DNA of 64,000 nt from an uncultured Rhodospirillaceae bacterium (GTDB lineage: Bacteria; Pseudomonadota; Alphaproteobacteria; UBA9219), in the NCBI GenBank assembly GCA_964652235.1, contig CAZZDK010000005.1, positions 29,922 to 93,921 of the forward strand. Direction: 5' to 3'. The notes under the pieces were generated by a model. It was given only the letters and a program-made list of their open reading frames with translations, was not told where the DNA came from and ran no database searches. Made by a program: the position numbers and the translations under genes. Below, one piece after another: positions 36,501-45,498 of this stretch. How positions within the stretch are numbered: position 1 is the first letter of the stretch; the number at the start of each line of letters is the position of its first letter.

Positions 36501-36763
36501 CGGGTTTCTTTGAGTGGCGTCGACCAAATGACGTTGCCGGACACGCGCATGGTTCCATAAACCAGCTGGATCGTGCCGCCATAGGTGGAAGACTGAACCG
36601 ATAAATCGCTGAGGCGCGAGCCTTCTGTATTTGATCCTTTACTGCCGCCAAACAGCAGATTGCCAAGGACGACCCCGCCCATCCAGCCGATGGACGCGCC
36701 AATCCCGATGGCGGAAGTCAACCCTGCGCCAACCAGTCCCAAAGCTAGGACAGCCATATACAA
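33551..36763 (-). CDS. Central tail / host-specificity baseplate protein (GTA megatron / gpJ-like)
   Basis: YGTMRVSGNVIWS, YRGLCFLTF, RIPNISAEV and GLLRGRRGT blocks; 1070 aa. Confidence 0.85.
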   Translation of the reverse strand: MYMAVLALGLVGAGLTSAIGIGASIGWMGGVVLGNLLFGGSKGSNTEGSRLSDLSVQSSTYGGTIQLVYGTMRVSGNVIWSTPLKETRHVQTQRGGKGGGGSSTSTTYTYSVSFAVGLCAGPVSTVRRVWADTKLIYDATASNTQATEKYPGVIRVHTGAEDQHPDSTMEMHLGAGNVPGYRGLCFLTFTDLQLADFANRIPNISAEVVASGAMDCDAVILPRISSMYREGGVNDPSRGVLLCVNSTRAFKYNLVNNTLALNVPLVDDVYGDLRGIDSEGYLYHATDAYGVGMHLCKRNPDTMAVVAKTTKRVDFSVSGFVLGDKIFVHRSRKVYDLDFGLVADLSEFFPYANEAPMCSDGSGRYWQAAADKIRRVEVDILGNGDVAEWDVSAWTGGLRPNIIFWDDTTGHLFFKINQLHRIVKWHPNNGFAAYVDGVSLAVGYTLQDDYAFPQKGRLWATNDLTATLVDLVSMRVEKTINLMPYMPTSATHFCGCYEKFTHSAIIMTNEGEVKYPLERYGSDNVALSSILTDLCERAGLKQTDILTNEVSQFVHGYVMSRRSSARDAIEPLLGAYFIDAAETDGVLRFIPRGQDLAATIPYDDLGAVEGTSNDNPLRVTETRTQELELPQRIDLTHYDPDRDYQSNTQNAARAGNAVTTKDQQTVELSIALSADEAAQIADKTLTSAWIGRNQFEFNLPPKWLRLDPTDVIDVLLPDATLALRLTQVDFGGNNIVACKAVAEDEIAYTSNAKGAGVPITSNPIPISTPISALVMDLPMLRAEDDGLGLYYALALKNNGTASLYKSPDALTWSIIGTGEAAPAYGWASSVLAAPLSPWSWDETNAVQIALSHGTLDSKTALEVLNWNNVGLLGDELIQWRNATLLAENLYQLSGLLRGRRGTEWATGTHKIGDRFVVLATDGFYRMVMAATEIGQLSYYKAIPTGGDWDDAAQTSLKYNAASLRCFSPVHIKGTRDGLGNLTLSWVMRARWNGEWLDSIDISNYEATEAYEIDILNGDTVVRTINAATTSATYSAADQTTDFGGAQNVLSIAVYQINSTIGRGYAGKAIV

Positions 36764-36789
36764 ACCTCAATGTCGTTAAGATGGATCGA

Positions 36790-37272
36790 TCAGAAATTAT
36801 CGATCTTGATCGCTTGCTCGTCCGGCAACGGCTCTTCGAATGACTTTTTGATTTCTTCGAATCTTGCCAAATTACTCTCGGCAATTGCCCCCTGCCGCTG
36901 CTTAAGGCGTGAAATCAAAATCTCATCGGGCGCATAAACATAATAGTGGCGAAACGCCGCATGAGCGGCTTTAGCGATCCCCCTGGCATGTTCTCGCGAA
37001 GGAAGGCTCCAAAAACCAAGATCCATAACAACATTTTTGCCCTGCGCCAGAAGCTCCTCGGCGCTTTGCCAAATGGTTTGGACAGCCTGCGCGAAACAGC
37101 CATCCCAATTCGCTTCCAGTTCTTCCGTAAGAAAGTTTTCAAAACACCATTCATCGGCGTTCATCCGGACGGCGTTTTCCTCTTTCGCCAAATTCTTGGA
37201 AAAAGTCGTTTTCCCTGCGCCAAGAAACCCTTGGACAATTATTAAAACGGGCTTTTGCTTGACATCGGCCAT
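36790..37272 (-). CDS. AAA_33-type P-loop kinase (moron)
   Basis: GFLGAGKTT, ADEW and VVMDLGFW motifs; inserted between NlpC/P60 and the baseplate gene. Confidence 0.75.
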   Translation of the reverse strand: MADVKQKPVLIIVQGFLGAGKTTFSKNLAKEENAVRMNADEWCFENFLTEELEANWDGCFAQAVQTIWQSAEELLAQGKNVVMDLGFWSLPSREHARGIAKAAHAAFRHYYVYAPDEILISRLKQRQGAIAESNLARFEEIKKSFEEPLPDEQAIKIDNF

Positions 37273-37304
37273 GATTCTTTCCTTTCAGAGCAAGAGTTTA
37301 AGTA

Positions 37305-37733
37305 TCATTGCCCCGCAAAGCAAGGATACCGATACGCGGCAACGATCCGCCGCCGCCAGCTTTCGTCCAGCGCGTGTTCAACCACTTTGCCCACGCCGGA
37401 ATAGCTGTGGATGATGCCTCTGTCAGTGATGATTGCCACATGCTGCGGTTCGCGGCCCCATGCCATGAAGTAAATGTCTGCCAGCATCGCTTCGGCCACG
37501 GGAATTTCGACCAGCCACGTCGCCAAGCCTTCGCGCATGCGGCGACTGTTGGGGAGCATGGAATAATTGGCGAAGGCCTGCGCCTTCGGCGATGACGGAT
37601 CGTAATCGACCAGCTTCAAAGCCGTTCCGACACCTTTGATCAGACCGATGCAATCGCATCCGGCCCCTTTGACCGAGGCTTGATGATGAAAAGGCGTGTC
37701 GAGCCATGCGCGGGCTTCGGCGACCGCATCCAT
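37305..37733 (-). CDS. NlpC/P60 tail peptidase
   Basis: WLDTPFHHQ, GCDCIGL and QHVAI motifs. Confidence 0.9.
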   Translation of the reverse strand: MDAVAEARAWLDTPFHHQASVKGAGCDCIGLIKGVGTALKLVDYDPSSPKAQAFANYSMLPNSRRMREGLATWLVEIPVAEAMLADIYFMAWGREPQHVAIITDRGIIHSYSGVGKVVEHALDESWRRRIVAAYRYPCFAGQ

Positions 37734-38587
37734 GCGAGAGGGGCTATTTTTTCATCGGGATAACTTAAAACGGCATCTGTGCCGGGGACATGCGGTTCTC
37801 CGCGAAAGTTCGCGGCATTGTTGTATTTGGAGCAACATGTCGAGAACGACTTGTCGCATCCGGGCTGAACAGCATAAGTGTCGCCCACATCAATTTCGGA
37901 CGGCATGGGCAGGAACAGATCAAAAACGCCAGTCGCATAGGAGCGGACTTCCATCTTGCGCCCCGCGTTCGCGCCGCTTGTCCATGTGATAAGACCGCCC
38001 GTCCAGTAATCGTCTACCTCGGTTCGAGCGGTGTCGGTGAAGCCATAGCGACCTTCTGCCACCGTGACCGCGCTGGCCACCGTCAAGGCAGCTAAATCGA
38101 TCTTGCAACGCGTATCGCCAAGATCAGCGCGGCAGTTGGGCGTGTAAAGCTCGCCGATTTGCTGCGAAAGCGCCTGCGTCAGGCCGCGCAGTTCTGCCTT
38201 AAAGATCGTATCCTTCAGCTCGACCTGACCGATGGTTCCGCGCTTCATGATGATCTTGCCTTGCGAGAGCGCGTTCCAGTTGACCAGAAAGATTAGCACC
38301 TCAGCATTGTCCCAAATCCCCGCCCGCAGATCGGGCGCGGCCAGAGCCTCGCTGTCCAGTCCGCTTTCGATGTCGAGATTATCGACCGACAAATCCGAAA
38401 TCGTATGGATGGCCGAACGCGTGTAGCCCGTTCGTGCTTCATAAACGATGCCGTCGATGGTCAGATCGCGGTCAAAGTCGGTGAAGCCGAACACCACCCC
38501 GTCCTTGCGCGTGACTTTCCAACAGGTCGCAAGCGTGGTCGTCTCGCCTGCGATGTGCGCGGCAAGCTGTGAGGTCGCTGTTTTCAT
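37640..38587 (-). CDS. DUF2163 baseplate hub protein
   Basis: TTLATCWKVTRKDG...GCDKSFSTC...NFRGEPHVPG; the C-terminus appears extended over NlpC/P60. Confidence 0.85.
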   Translation of the reverse strand: MKTATSQLAAHIAGETTTLATCWKVTRKDGVVFGFTDFDRDLTIDGIVYEARTGYTRSAIHTISDLSVDNLDIESGLDSEALAAPDLRAGIWDNAEVLIFLVNWNALSQGKIIMKRGTIGQVELKDTIFKAELRGLTQALSQQIGELYTPNCRADLGDTRCKIDLAALTVASAVTVAEGRYGFTDTARTEVDDYWTGGLITWTSGANAGRKMEVRSYATGVFDLFLPMPSEIDVGDTYAVQPGCDKSFSTCCSKYNNAANFRGEPHVPGTDAVLSYPDEKIAPLAWMRSPKPAHGSTRLFIIKPRSKGPDAIASV

Positions 38588-38590
38588 GAG

Positions 38591-39190
38591 CTATACACGG
38601 ATCTCTATAACGGGAATGTCCGACCATTGATGCAGGTCGAATTGCTCAATGCTGACGGCCATGCTGTCAGTGTCAAAACGCACAGGCACGTCAAACTCAA
38701 AGTCTGCCGTGACCGCCACACCTTGTGCCGGAGCAATACTGAAGGTCAAAACGCCCGTGGCCGTGTTGATCGACCAGCCGGATGTTTGTTTGACCCCGCC
38801 GAGGTAAGGCACGAGCGTCCCTAAAACGGGTTTTGTGATTGTGCGGGTCTCAACGCCAGCGCCAGAGGTATAGCTTTTGACAAGCTGAAAGTCCTTCGTC
38901 GTTCCGTCGCCTGCGCCGAGGGCTTGGGCAGTTGCCTTATAATCCGTCCAGTCCTTAAACCTGAAACCATAAGCCTTGCCTTTGCGCGCACGAAAAAAAG
39001 CGATCAGCGTGTTAAGCTGAGCCTGATGCTTCAGGCCGGACGCCACGTTCCATTTCAGCCGTGCTGCCGACCAGTTGGCGTTGCGCTGCTCATAGCCTGA
39101 AGCCATCGAGACGACCGATGTCAGATATTCCGGCCCGCCCGATGCTCCATAGGCGATGTCGGGAGGGAATTGGACTTCATGGAAGGTCAT
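38591..39190 (-). CDS. DUF2460 distal tail protein
   Basis: FHEVQFP, GYEQRNANWS and FDVPVRFDTD motifs. Confidence 0.9.
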   Translation of the reverse strand: MTFHEVQFPPDIAYGASGGPEYLTSVVSMASGYEQRNANWSAARLKWNVASGLKHQAQLNTLIAFFRARKGKAYGFRFKDWTDYKATAQALGAGDGTTKDFQLVKSYTSGAGVETRTITKPVLGTLVPYLGGVKQTSGWSINTATGVLTFSIAPAQGVAVTADFEFDVPVRFDTDSMAVSIEQFDLHQWSDIPVIEIRV

Positions 39191-39258
39191 TCAGCGTGTT
39201 CCTTTCTTCCATTCTTATGCTATGATCCGGTTGAATAATTTGCCTTTTGGAACCGCAC

Positions 39259-39729
39259 ATGAGCTTTATTATCCAGCCCCTCACAAAAGACAAAGGACAG
39301 GCCTGCAGGGCCATCCTTGATGCGTTGCCTGAATGGTTCGGCCTTGAGGATGCGAAGGATCGTTACGTGCTCGGCGTTGAGGAAACGACCTTTCTTGTTT
39401 GCCGAAATGAAACGTCATCGGAAACCGTGGGCTTTCTCTCCTTGAAAGAGCAAACCGGGGCTGCCTCCGAAATCTATGTCATGGGCCTCCGCCCCGAATT
39501 CCATCACCAAGGGCTGGGCAGAAAACTTGTCAGCGAAGCGGAAAGGCTAGCGCGAGAGTCTGGCAAAGCATTTCTTTCGGTCAAAACGCTCGCGCCTGAA
39601 CATCCGGATACGCACTACGCGATCACGCGAAAGTTTTATGAAGCCCTCGGGTTTAAGCCTGTCGAAGTTTTTCCGACCCTGTGGGGAGAAGACAACCCAT
39701 GTTTGCTGATGATTAAGGGATTGAAATGA
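39259..39729 (+). CDS. GNAT acetyltransferase (moron)
   Basis: MGLRPEFHHQGLG, LSVKTL and TRKFYEALGF motifs. Confidence 0.85.
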   Translation: MSFIIQPLTKDKGQACRAILDALPEWFGLEDAKDRYVLGVEETTFLVCRNETSSETVGFLSLKEQTGAASEIYVMGLRPEFHHQGLGRKLVSEAERLARESGKAFLSVKTLAPEHPDTHYAITRKFYEALGFKPVEVFPTLWGEDNPCLLMIKGLK

Positions 39730-40193
39730 ACGCGCCTGTCACCATCGATTACCTCGAAAACCATCCAGACTTTATCCCCGTCTGCGCCAGTTGGGCTTTC
39801 GGACAATGGGGATGCCAGTCGGGAGGATCATTCGAACGCGCAAACAAGCGTTTTACTGAAGGCGCGAACAAAACCGATATTCCTTTGACTCTTGTAGCCA
39901 TCGCAGACGGCAAACCCGCAGGCATGATCAGCCTTTGGGTAAGCGACTTTGACGGGCGTCCCGACCTTTCTCCGTGGCTTGCCTCCGTCTATGTCCATCC
40001 GTTCCACCGCAACAAAGGCATCGCTTTATCACTTGTAAAAAGGCTTGAAGCCGAAGCCCTGCGGCTCGGTTACAAAAAGCTCTATCTCGTGACCGAAGAG
40101 TCAAAAGGTCTATATGAAAAGAATGGCTGGCAGGAGATGGAACGCGTGCAAACCCATTATGGCAATGCGGCTCTAATGACGAAGGCACTATAG
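39726..40193 (+). CDS. GNAT acetyltransferase (moron)
   Basis: WLASVYVHPFHRNKGIA and LYEKNGW; ATGA-coupled to the previous GNAT. Confidence 0.85.
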   Translation: MNAPVTIDYLENHPDFIPVCASWAFGQWGCQSGGSFERANKRFTEGANKTDIPLTLVAIADGKPAGMISLWVSDFDGRPDLSPWLASVYVHPFHRNKGIALSLVKRLEAEALRLGYKKLYLVTEESKGLYEKNGWQEMERVQTHYGNAALMTKAL

Positions 40194-40198
40194 GGTCG

Positions 40199-40795
40199 TT
40201 ACTCCGCTTCCAGAAATGAACGAAGCGATATAGTGTCGACAAACTGATGTGCCCGCCAGCCGCGCGTTCTCGCTGCTTCGACATTCTCCAGCACATCGTC
40301 GACAAACCATATTTCACCCGGCGGAACCTGCAGGTCTTTTTCAATGTGGCGATAAAACGCATCATTTGGCTTCAACGCGCCGATTGCGCTGGAAGCATAA
40401 ACCTTCCGAACGCTTTCAGGAAAAACGTCCTGAAAATGCGCGGCTCTAATCGGATCCTGATTGGTTGCAATATAGGATTCATAGCTTCCGAGAAGAGACG
40501 CCACTTCATTATTAATCGTGTCGCACTTTGTGAGCCAATAGGACAAGAAGTCATCGACAGGAACTTTGACTCTGTGTCGGTCAAAGACCTCTTGCATATG
40601 CTGACGGGTATCTCTTCTTCCCCTAATGACTTCTTGCCATTGATCTGAGAAGATATCTTCAATTGTGTCCAGCGCAATGCCAAAATCCTGCGTCAAAGTT
40701 ACAGACCAGATAAACTCGCCCCTGTCATTAAAGGTGCGGAAGATGACGCCATCCGCATCCCAAACAACTACTTTGGACGATCTGTTCTTTGGCAT
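40199..40795 (-). CDS. HAD-family hydrolase (moron)
   Basis: WDADGV, ATNQ, KPN and FVDD motifs; start re-called at 40795. Confidence 0.8.
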   Translation of the reverse strand: MPKNRSSKVVVWDADGVIFRTFNDRGEFIWSVTLTQDFGIALDTIEDIFSDQWQEVIRGRRDTRQHMQEVFDRHRVKVPVDDFLSYWLTKCDTINNEVASLLGSYESYIATNQDPIRAAHFQDVFPESVRKVYASSAIGALKPNDAFYRHIEKDLQVPPGEIWFVDDVLENVEAARTRGWRAHQFVDTISLRSFLEAE

Positions 40796-40829
40796 GACGG
40801 GGCACCTTATATGGCAAGACACCTGTAGA

Positions 40830-43361
40830 TTATAGATTCCTCCTCGCTCGCTGTATACCCCGCGCAGCCTCCGCAGAAACCTGCGCTTGGCTGGCGCGGA
40901 AGCTGTTCGCGTCCGGTGTCGTGATATGCATGACGACATTGATGCCTGTGGAGCGGCGCTGCCGGTCTTTTCTGGAAACGACTTCCTCGCCTCGTTGAAG
41001 AATGGCGGGCACTTCATCCGGCTTAAGCCCAGCGATGCCGCCGCCGTGATAGCGCGGCGCTCCGGCAAACACGAAAGCCGGAACTTGGCGCGAAGGAGCC
41101 GCTTCGCCAGCCACGCCGCCTTCATGGAAGATCGAGCTGAATATCTCATCCATAAAGCCGCCGCTTTCCATGCTGCTGCCCATCCATTTGGCCAGCGGCC
41201 CCGTGATGGATTGCTGCACCATCATGCGGGTGATGTCGGCAACGATGCTGTTCGCAAGATCGTTGAGGCTGTTGAGGCTGATTTCGCCGGACGTGACCAT
41301 GTTCACGATGGCGTCTTCGGTCGCTTTCATCGCCTCGCTGAACGCTTCTTCGACAGCGTCCGCCGTGTTTTCGGCTTCTTTCTGGTAACTGCGAAAGGCG
41401 CGGATGGCTCCGGCTTGCCCGTCCGTGCGACCAGCCAATTGCTCGTCATAAGCCTTGTCTTTGGCCTTATTGAATACTTCCTGACTGATCGCGCCCGCAT
41501 TGAGCATTTCCGTGAGGCGCTGGATTTGATCAGCGTAGGCTTCATCGGCCCCGCGCGCGCCATCCGTGATCTGCTTGCCTTCCTGCCTCAGCTTGTCGAG
41601 TTTTTCCTGCGCCTGCGTCTGATCGTAAAGCGCGGCTGCCATTTGTTTCGTGCGCTCGACTTGCTCTTGCGTCGCCGTTTCCGGCAACTTTGCCACGGCA
41701 TCGGACACGAACGCCTTGCGCTTATCAGACAGCTTATCCATCTGCTGTCCAAGATCGGCGATGACTTTCTCGGCTGCGGCGAAGGCCTTTTCATCGAACA
41801 ACTGCGCAGCAAGATCGCTCGTCTTGCTTTTGTCGGCATCCGTCGCCTTGTTCGAAAGCCGTGAGACAGCTTGATCGATAAAGGCCTGCCGTTCATTGCC
41901 GATGCCGAGCAATTTTTGCTTTAGATCGTTGATGACCTTTTGGTTCGCATCCGCTTCTTTTTGCGCGGCCTCGTTGATCGGTTTTTGAATGGCATCAATC
42001 TGGCGTTTGGCAAGCTCTTCGGCCTGTTTGATGGCCGTATCGACCGCGCCCGTGTTGCTGCCGTCCGTTTCGCGCAGGGCGTTCAGGTTTGTTTTTGTCT
42101 TCGCCAGCTCGGCATTGATCTTGGCAATCTTCTCTGCGGGATCGTCCACCAGCTTGCCCAGAGCCTCGTCAATATTTTTGCGCGCGGTGATCAATAGATT
42201 AGCGCGGCCTTCCTTTTCTGCCGCAAGGCGTCCTGCTTCCGCCTTGGCGCGTTCTGCCGCCTCGGCTTCCTCTGCCTTGGTCAGTTTTTCGATCTCGGCG
42301 CGAAGTTCAGCAGCTTTCTTTTGCCGGACTTCCGTGTTGCCCTTGTATGCGGGCTGAACAACGGAGGGCAGACTTTGCAGCCAGTCCAGCTCCTTTTGAA
42401 CCTCGGCCAATTCGTTCTTGGCCTGCCGCAACTGAACGGACAAGGGATCCTTGCTGAACCATTCGGTTGTGACCGCGAAGGTGGTGGCTAGTTTTTGCAA
42501 AGCTCCTTGCGCGACGCCGGAAACGGTCTCGGTCTGGCCGATGGCCTCCAGCATGTTTTTCCATGTGACGGAAAGCTGATGCGCCGCACCTGTGACCCCC
42601 GTCGCTTCGGCGGCCCCCGTTCCGCCAACCGCGCCAGCGAGCTTGTCCAGAATGATCTTCTGCGCCTCAGCGACCTTTCCAGTCTCGACCATGCTCTGCA
42701 GCGCGTTTTTCTCTTCGTCGGAGAATTTCCCAGTGGCTTTTTCCAGAGCGCCCAAACCATCGACAGGGTTCTCAAGGGCTTTGCCCAGCATCAAAACCGC
42801 TGCCGACAAGTCTTTGCCGTACACGGACGACAGATCCTGCGCCAGCGAAATAGCGCGCGTGAAGGTCTCACCGGATACGGAACGGAAGGTCGCCAGAACG
42901 GAGGCGGCGTTCATGACCCCTTCGGCGGTGGTCAAGGTTGTCGCTTCCATCTTATCGGCGAAGTCGCTAATTTCTCGCGCGGTCAGGCCGGAAGAACTGC
43001 CTGTGGCGCGGAGGACGGCCTGAAGTCGGTTATAAGACTGCTCTGCCTCTGCGGCTTCCTTAATGCTGGCCGACAAACCAAGCGTGACCGCTCCAAGGGC
43101 CGCCCCAACCGCAATCCCAATGGGGCCAAGCGCAGTCATTGCAGAACCAAGCGGCCCGATCCGGCCAGAAAGGCCAATGGCCGCGCCCTTTACGTCGTTG
43201 GCTGCGGCATTTACGGCCAAAAGGCCTCTGGAGGCAGGCTTTCCGGCAAGCTCGATCTTCTTGAGCGACTTTTCGCCGGACTCGCCGATCTCCTTCAGCT
43301 CGGCCTTGACCTTGCCGCCTTCCATGACGGAAAGACGGATGGCAAGATTGCGTTCGACCAT
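40830..43361 (-). CDS. Tail tape measure protein (lambda family)
   Basis: 843 aa, Ala-rich coiled coil, C-terminal FHEGG...DEVPAILQRGE. Confidence 0.9.
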   Translation of the reverse strand: MVERNLAIRLSVMEGGKVKAELKEIGESGEKSLKKIELAGKPASRGLLAVNAAANDVKGAAIGLSGRIGPLGSAMTALGPIGIAVGAALGAVTLGLSASIKEAAEAEQSYNRLQAVLRATGSSSGLTAREISDFADKMEATTLTTAEGVMNAASVLATFRSVSGETFTRAISLAQDLSSVYGKDLSAAVLMLGKALENPVDGLGALEKATGKFSDEEKNALQSMVETGKVAEAQKIILDKLAGAVGGTGAAEATGVTGAAHQLSVTWKNMLEAIGQTETVSGVAQGALQKLATTFAVTTEWFSKDPLSVQLRQAKNELAEVQKELDWLQSLPSVVQPAYKGNTEVRQKKAAELRAEIEKLTKAEEAEAAERAKAEAGRLAAEKEGRANLLITARKNIDEALGKLVDDPAEKIAKINAELAKTKTNLNALRETDGSNTGAVDTAIKQAEELAKRQIDAIQKPINEAAQKEADANQKVINDLKQKLLGIGNERQAFIDQAVSRLSNKATDADKSKTSDLAAQLFDEKAFAAAEKVIADLGQQMDKLSDKRKAFVSDAVAKLPETATQEQVERTKQMAAALYDQTQAQEKLDKLRQEGKQITDGARGADEAYADQIQRLTEMLNAGAISQEVFNKAKDKAYDEQLAGRTDGQAGAIRAFRSYQKEAENTADAVEEAFSEAMKATEDAIVNMVTSGEISLNSLNDLANSIVADITRMMVQQSITGPLAKWMGSSMESGGFMDEIFSSIFHEGGVAGEAAPSRQVPAFVFAGAPRYHGGGIAGLKPDEVPAILQRGEEVVSRKDRQRRSTGINVVMHITTPDANSFRASQAQVSAEAARGIQRARRNL

Positions 43362-43723
43362 TACTTTAAGCCCTCATTAACCTTTGCGTTGATCGCCGAA
43401 ACCATGCCGGACTCGCAGGAGGGGAGAAGTTCGGCGACGGCTGCGACTTCGTGACCCAAGGTTTCTGCGATCTTTAGCGCGGCGTTCATGTCGACGCCGA
43501 TGACGGCAAGTTGCGCCGTGCGAAGCTGTCCGGCGCACCGAAGCGCGACGTCCCACGCTTCCCAGCCTTCCATTGTTTGCGGCTCGTTTGCGCAGTAGGG
43601 GCAAAGCTCGCCGTCTTTGTTGGGTTCGCCCTTGCTGCACGGAAGCCCCGCATCCGCGCAGGAGGCGCAGTATTCCGGCCCGCCGCCGTAGTGCCATTTA
43701 CAGCGGGCCTCTAACCGTTTTTT
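43361..43723 (-). CDS. Tail assembly chaperone GT extension (reached by -1 frameshift)
   Basis: Open -1 frame KKRLEARC... continues from the slippery site to the TMP start. Confidence 0.7.
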   Translation of the reverse strand, partial: KKRLEARCKWHYGGGPEYCASCADAGLPCSKGEPNKDGELCPYCANEPQTMEGWEAWDVALRCAGQLRTAQLAVIGVDMNAALKIAETLGHEVAAVAELLPSCESGMVSAINAKVNEGLK

Positions 43724-44058
43724 TCCTGTTCCAAAATGAGCGTCGGGCCGAGATAGAGCCGCTCGAAAGCGTCCGCGATGGGCCACAAGTCCATCAAGGC
43801 GGAAACCGCTTCGCGCGTGACTTCGGCGAGGTTGTCCTCGCTGTCGCCAACGCCCTCCCAAGCGATAATGGCAAGCTCGGCCAGCTTTTTGATCAGCGCG
43901 GCGCTGCGAACACCCGCATCGGCGTCCGCGACCGCTTCCTTTAAGGCCGTGACACGCGCGGCCATGACCAGCGCGGTCGTCGCGGGACGAACATGCACGC
44001 GCACGCCGTGGCCAAGGTCGAGCCAATACGGCTCGCGCCTCAATTCAAGACGGATCAT
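43711..44058 (-). CDS. Tail assembly chaperone (gpG-like)
   Basis: Lies between tail tube and TMP; ends in G AAA AAA AC slippery run. Confidence 0.8.
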   Translation of the reverse strand: MIRLELRREPYWLDLGHGVRVHVRPATTALVMAARVTALKEAVADADAGVRSAALIKKLAELAIIAWEGVGDSEDNLAEVTREAVSALMDLWPIADAFERLYLGPTLILEQEKNG

Positions 44059-45000
44059 TTAGACGTACTCCTCGATATCGTTGGTTAGCGTGACGGTGAG
44101 CATTTTGCCAGCCGTGGTGTTTTTGGCGGCCTGCCAATTAAAGCTGGCCTGCACGCCGCCGGGGCCGGTGATAGAGAGTTTCGGCTTGGGCAGATAAACC
44201 TCGTGCGCCGTGAACAGGATCGAGCGGTCGGCGTCGATGGTGTAGCCGAAGGTCAATTCCACAGGCGTGTTGTTCGTCGCGGCGTCGATGAGCGTCGTAT
44301 CGGCAAAACGCACGTCGATGGATCCCGTGAGCGCCGCGACCGTTGGATCGGCTCCATCGATCTTGCCGTCATCGCGGATCGTCTCGATCTTTTCGAGGTT
44401 GTTGGTATAGGTCAGCTGAGCGCCCGTGACGTTGCCCAATTGCACGCCGTCTTTTTTGACAGCGCCTTGGAACTGGTTGAAGCGCGTCATGGCAAGTTCG
44501 CTGGGCGTACCGCCTGCGCTGGCCGAAGCACGGCTTTCGCCTTGCGCGATGCAGTTGATGGTGGCGCTGGCTCCGCCCGAACGCGAGAACGTGATCTGCA
44601 TCGAGTTGGCACGAACGCCCATGTTCATAAAGAACGCCGAAGCCTCCGGCATACCTATTTCCAAGGACATGCTCGGAAGCGTGGCCAAACCCGACCCATA
44701 AGCGTGAACATACGGCCCCGTGCCGCTGGTTGTCGGCGCGCCAAGCAAGGCCTTGAGCCAATGTCCAAAATTGCGCAGATCGACGGGCACAACCACGTCG
44801 CCCTCGACGTTGATCACGTCGCGCATGGGCTGCGAGGGGTCGCGGCCTTGGCCCAAAAGATCGGAGGCGATCAAGCCTTGCTCCGACCCCAGCGCCGAGG
44901 AGATAAACGGAAACCGAACGAAGTTCCCGCTTGGAGGGCTGCCGTAGACCGTTTCGATTTTACCCAATAGCTGCGCATTCGCGCCATAGGCACGTGCCAT
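44059..45000 (-). CDS. Major tail tube protein
   Basis: MARAYGANAQ...; position and Phage_tube_2-like pattern. Confidence 0.85.
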   Translation of the reverse strand: MARAYGANAQLLGKIETVYGSPPSGNFVRFPFISSALGSEQGLIASDLLGQGRDPSQPMRDVINVEGDVVVPVDLRNFGHWLKALLGAPTTSGTGPYVHAYGSGLATLPSMSLEIGMPEASAFFMNMGVRANSMQITFSRSGGASATINCIAQGESRASASAGGTPSELAMTRFNQFQGAVKKDGVQLGNVTGAQLTYTNNLEKIETIRDDGKIDGADPTVAALTGSIDVRFADTTLIDAATNNTPVELTFGYTIDADRSILFTAHEVYLPKPKLSITGPGGVQASFNWQAAKNTTAGKMLTVTLTNDIEEYV

Positions 45001-45030
45001 GATGATCCTCCAGTTATGTGATGAAAGGGT

Positions 45031-45462
45031 TCAGCCCAATTGGCTGTCGGTGGTGTAAATCAGCTCAATCGGCACGATGGCCGCCTTAATGTTCGCTGCG
45101 CCTTCGATCACGACCGAGCTTGTGTCGGCGGCGTGAGGCGTCACGCGGTCGCACAGACCGCCGAGCGTTTGATCCGCGATCAAAGCGGCTGCGATGGCTT
45201 GAAACAAAGCGTCCATCATCTGATCGCGCTCTGCCGCTGTTCCTGCCTGAACAATGACCTCCAACGATGCGATGTGCTGCCAGTAATAGGAAAGCGGCGA
45301 AAGGATCGTCTCGGGCTCGCCAGGGTCGCCGTCGCGCAGGATGAGAAGCCCTTCAGGCAGTACCTTCTCCGGCAGCGTTTCATTACGCAAAACCTTTGGG
45401 CCAGAAATGGTTTGTAGTGTTTCAAACAAGGCTTGCAGAACCATTTCCCGTTGTGTCAGCAT
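45031..45462 (-). CDS. Tail terminator / completion protein
   Basis: Position; LRDGDPGEPE...Y.H...EV motif. Confidence 0.65.
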   Translation of the reverse strand: MLTQREMVLQALFETLQTISGPKVLRNETLPEKVLPEGLLILRDGDPGEPETILSPLSYYWQHIASLEVIVQAGTAAERDQMMDALFQAIAAALIADQTLGGLCDRVTPHAADTSSVVIEGAANIKAAIVPIELIYTTDSQLG

Positions 45463-45498
45463 GAGGTGTCTTTCCGTTACGTTTCAAGGAATTGGTTC

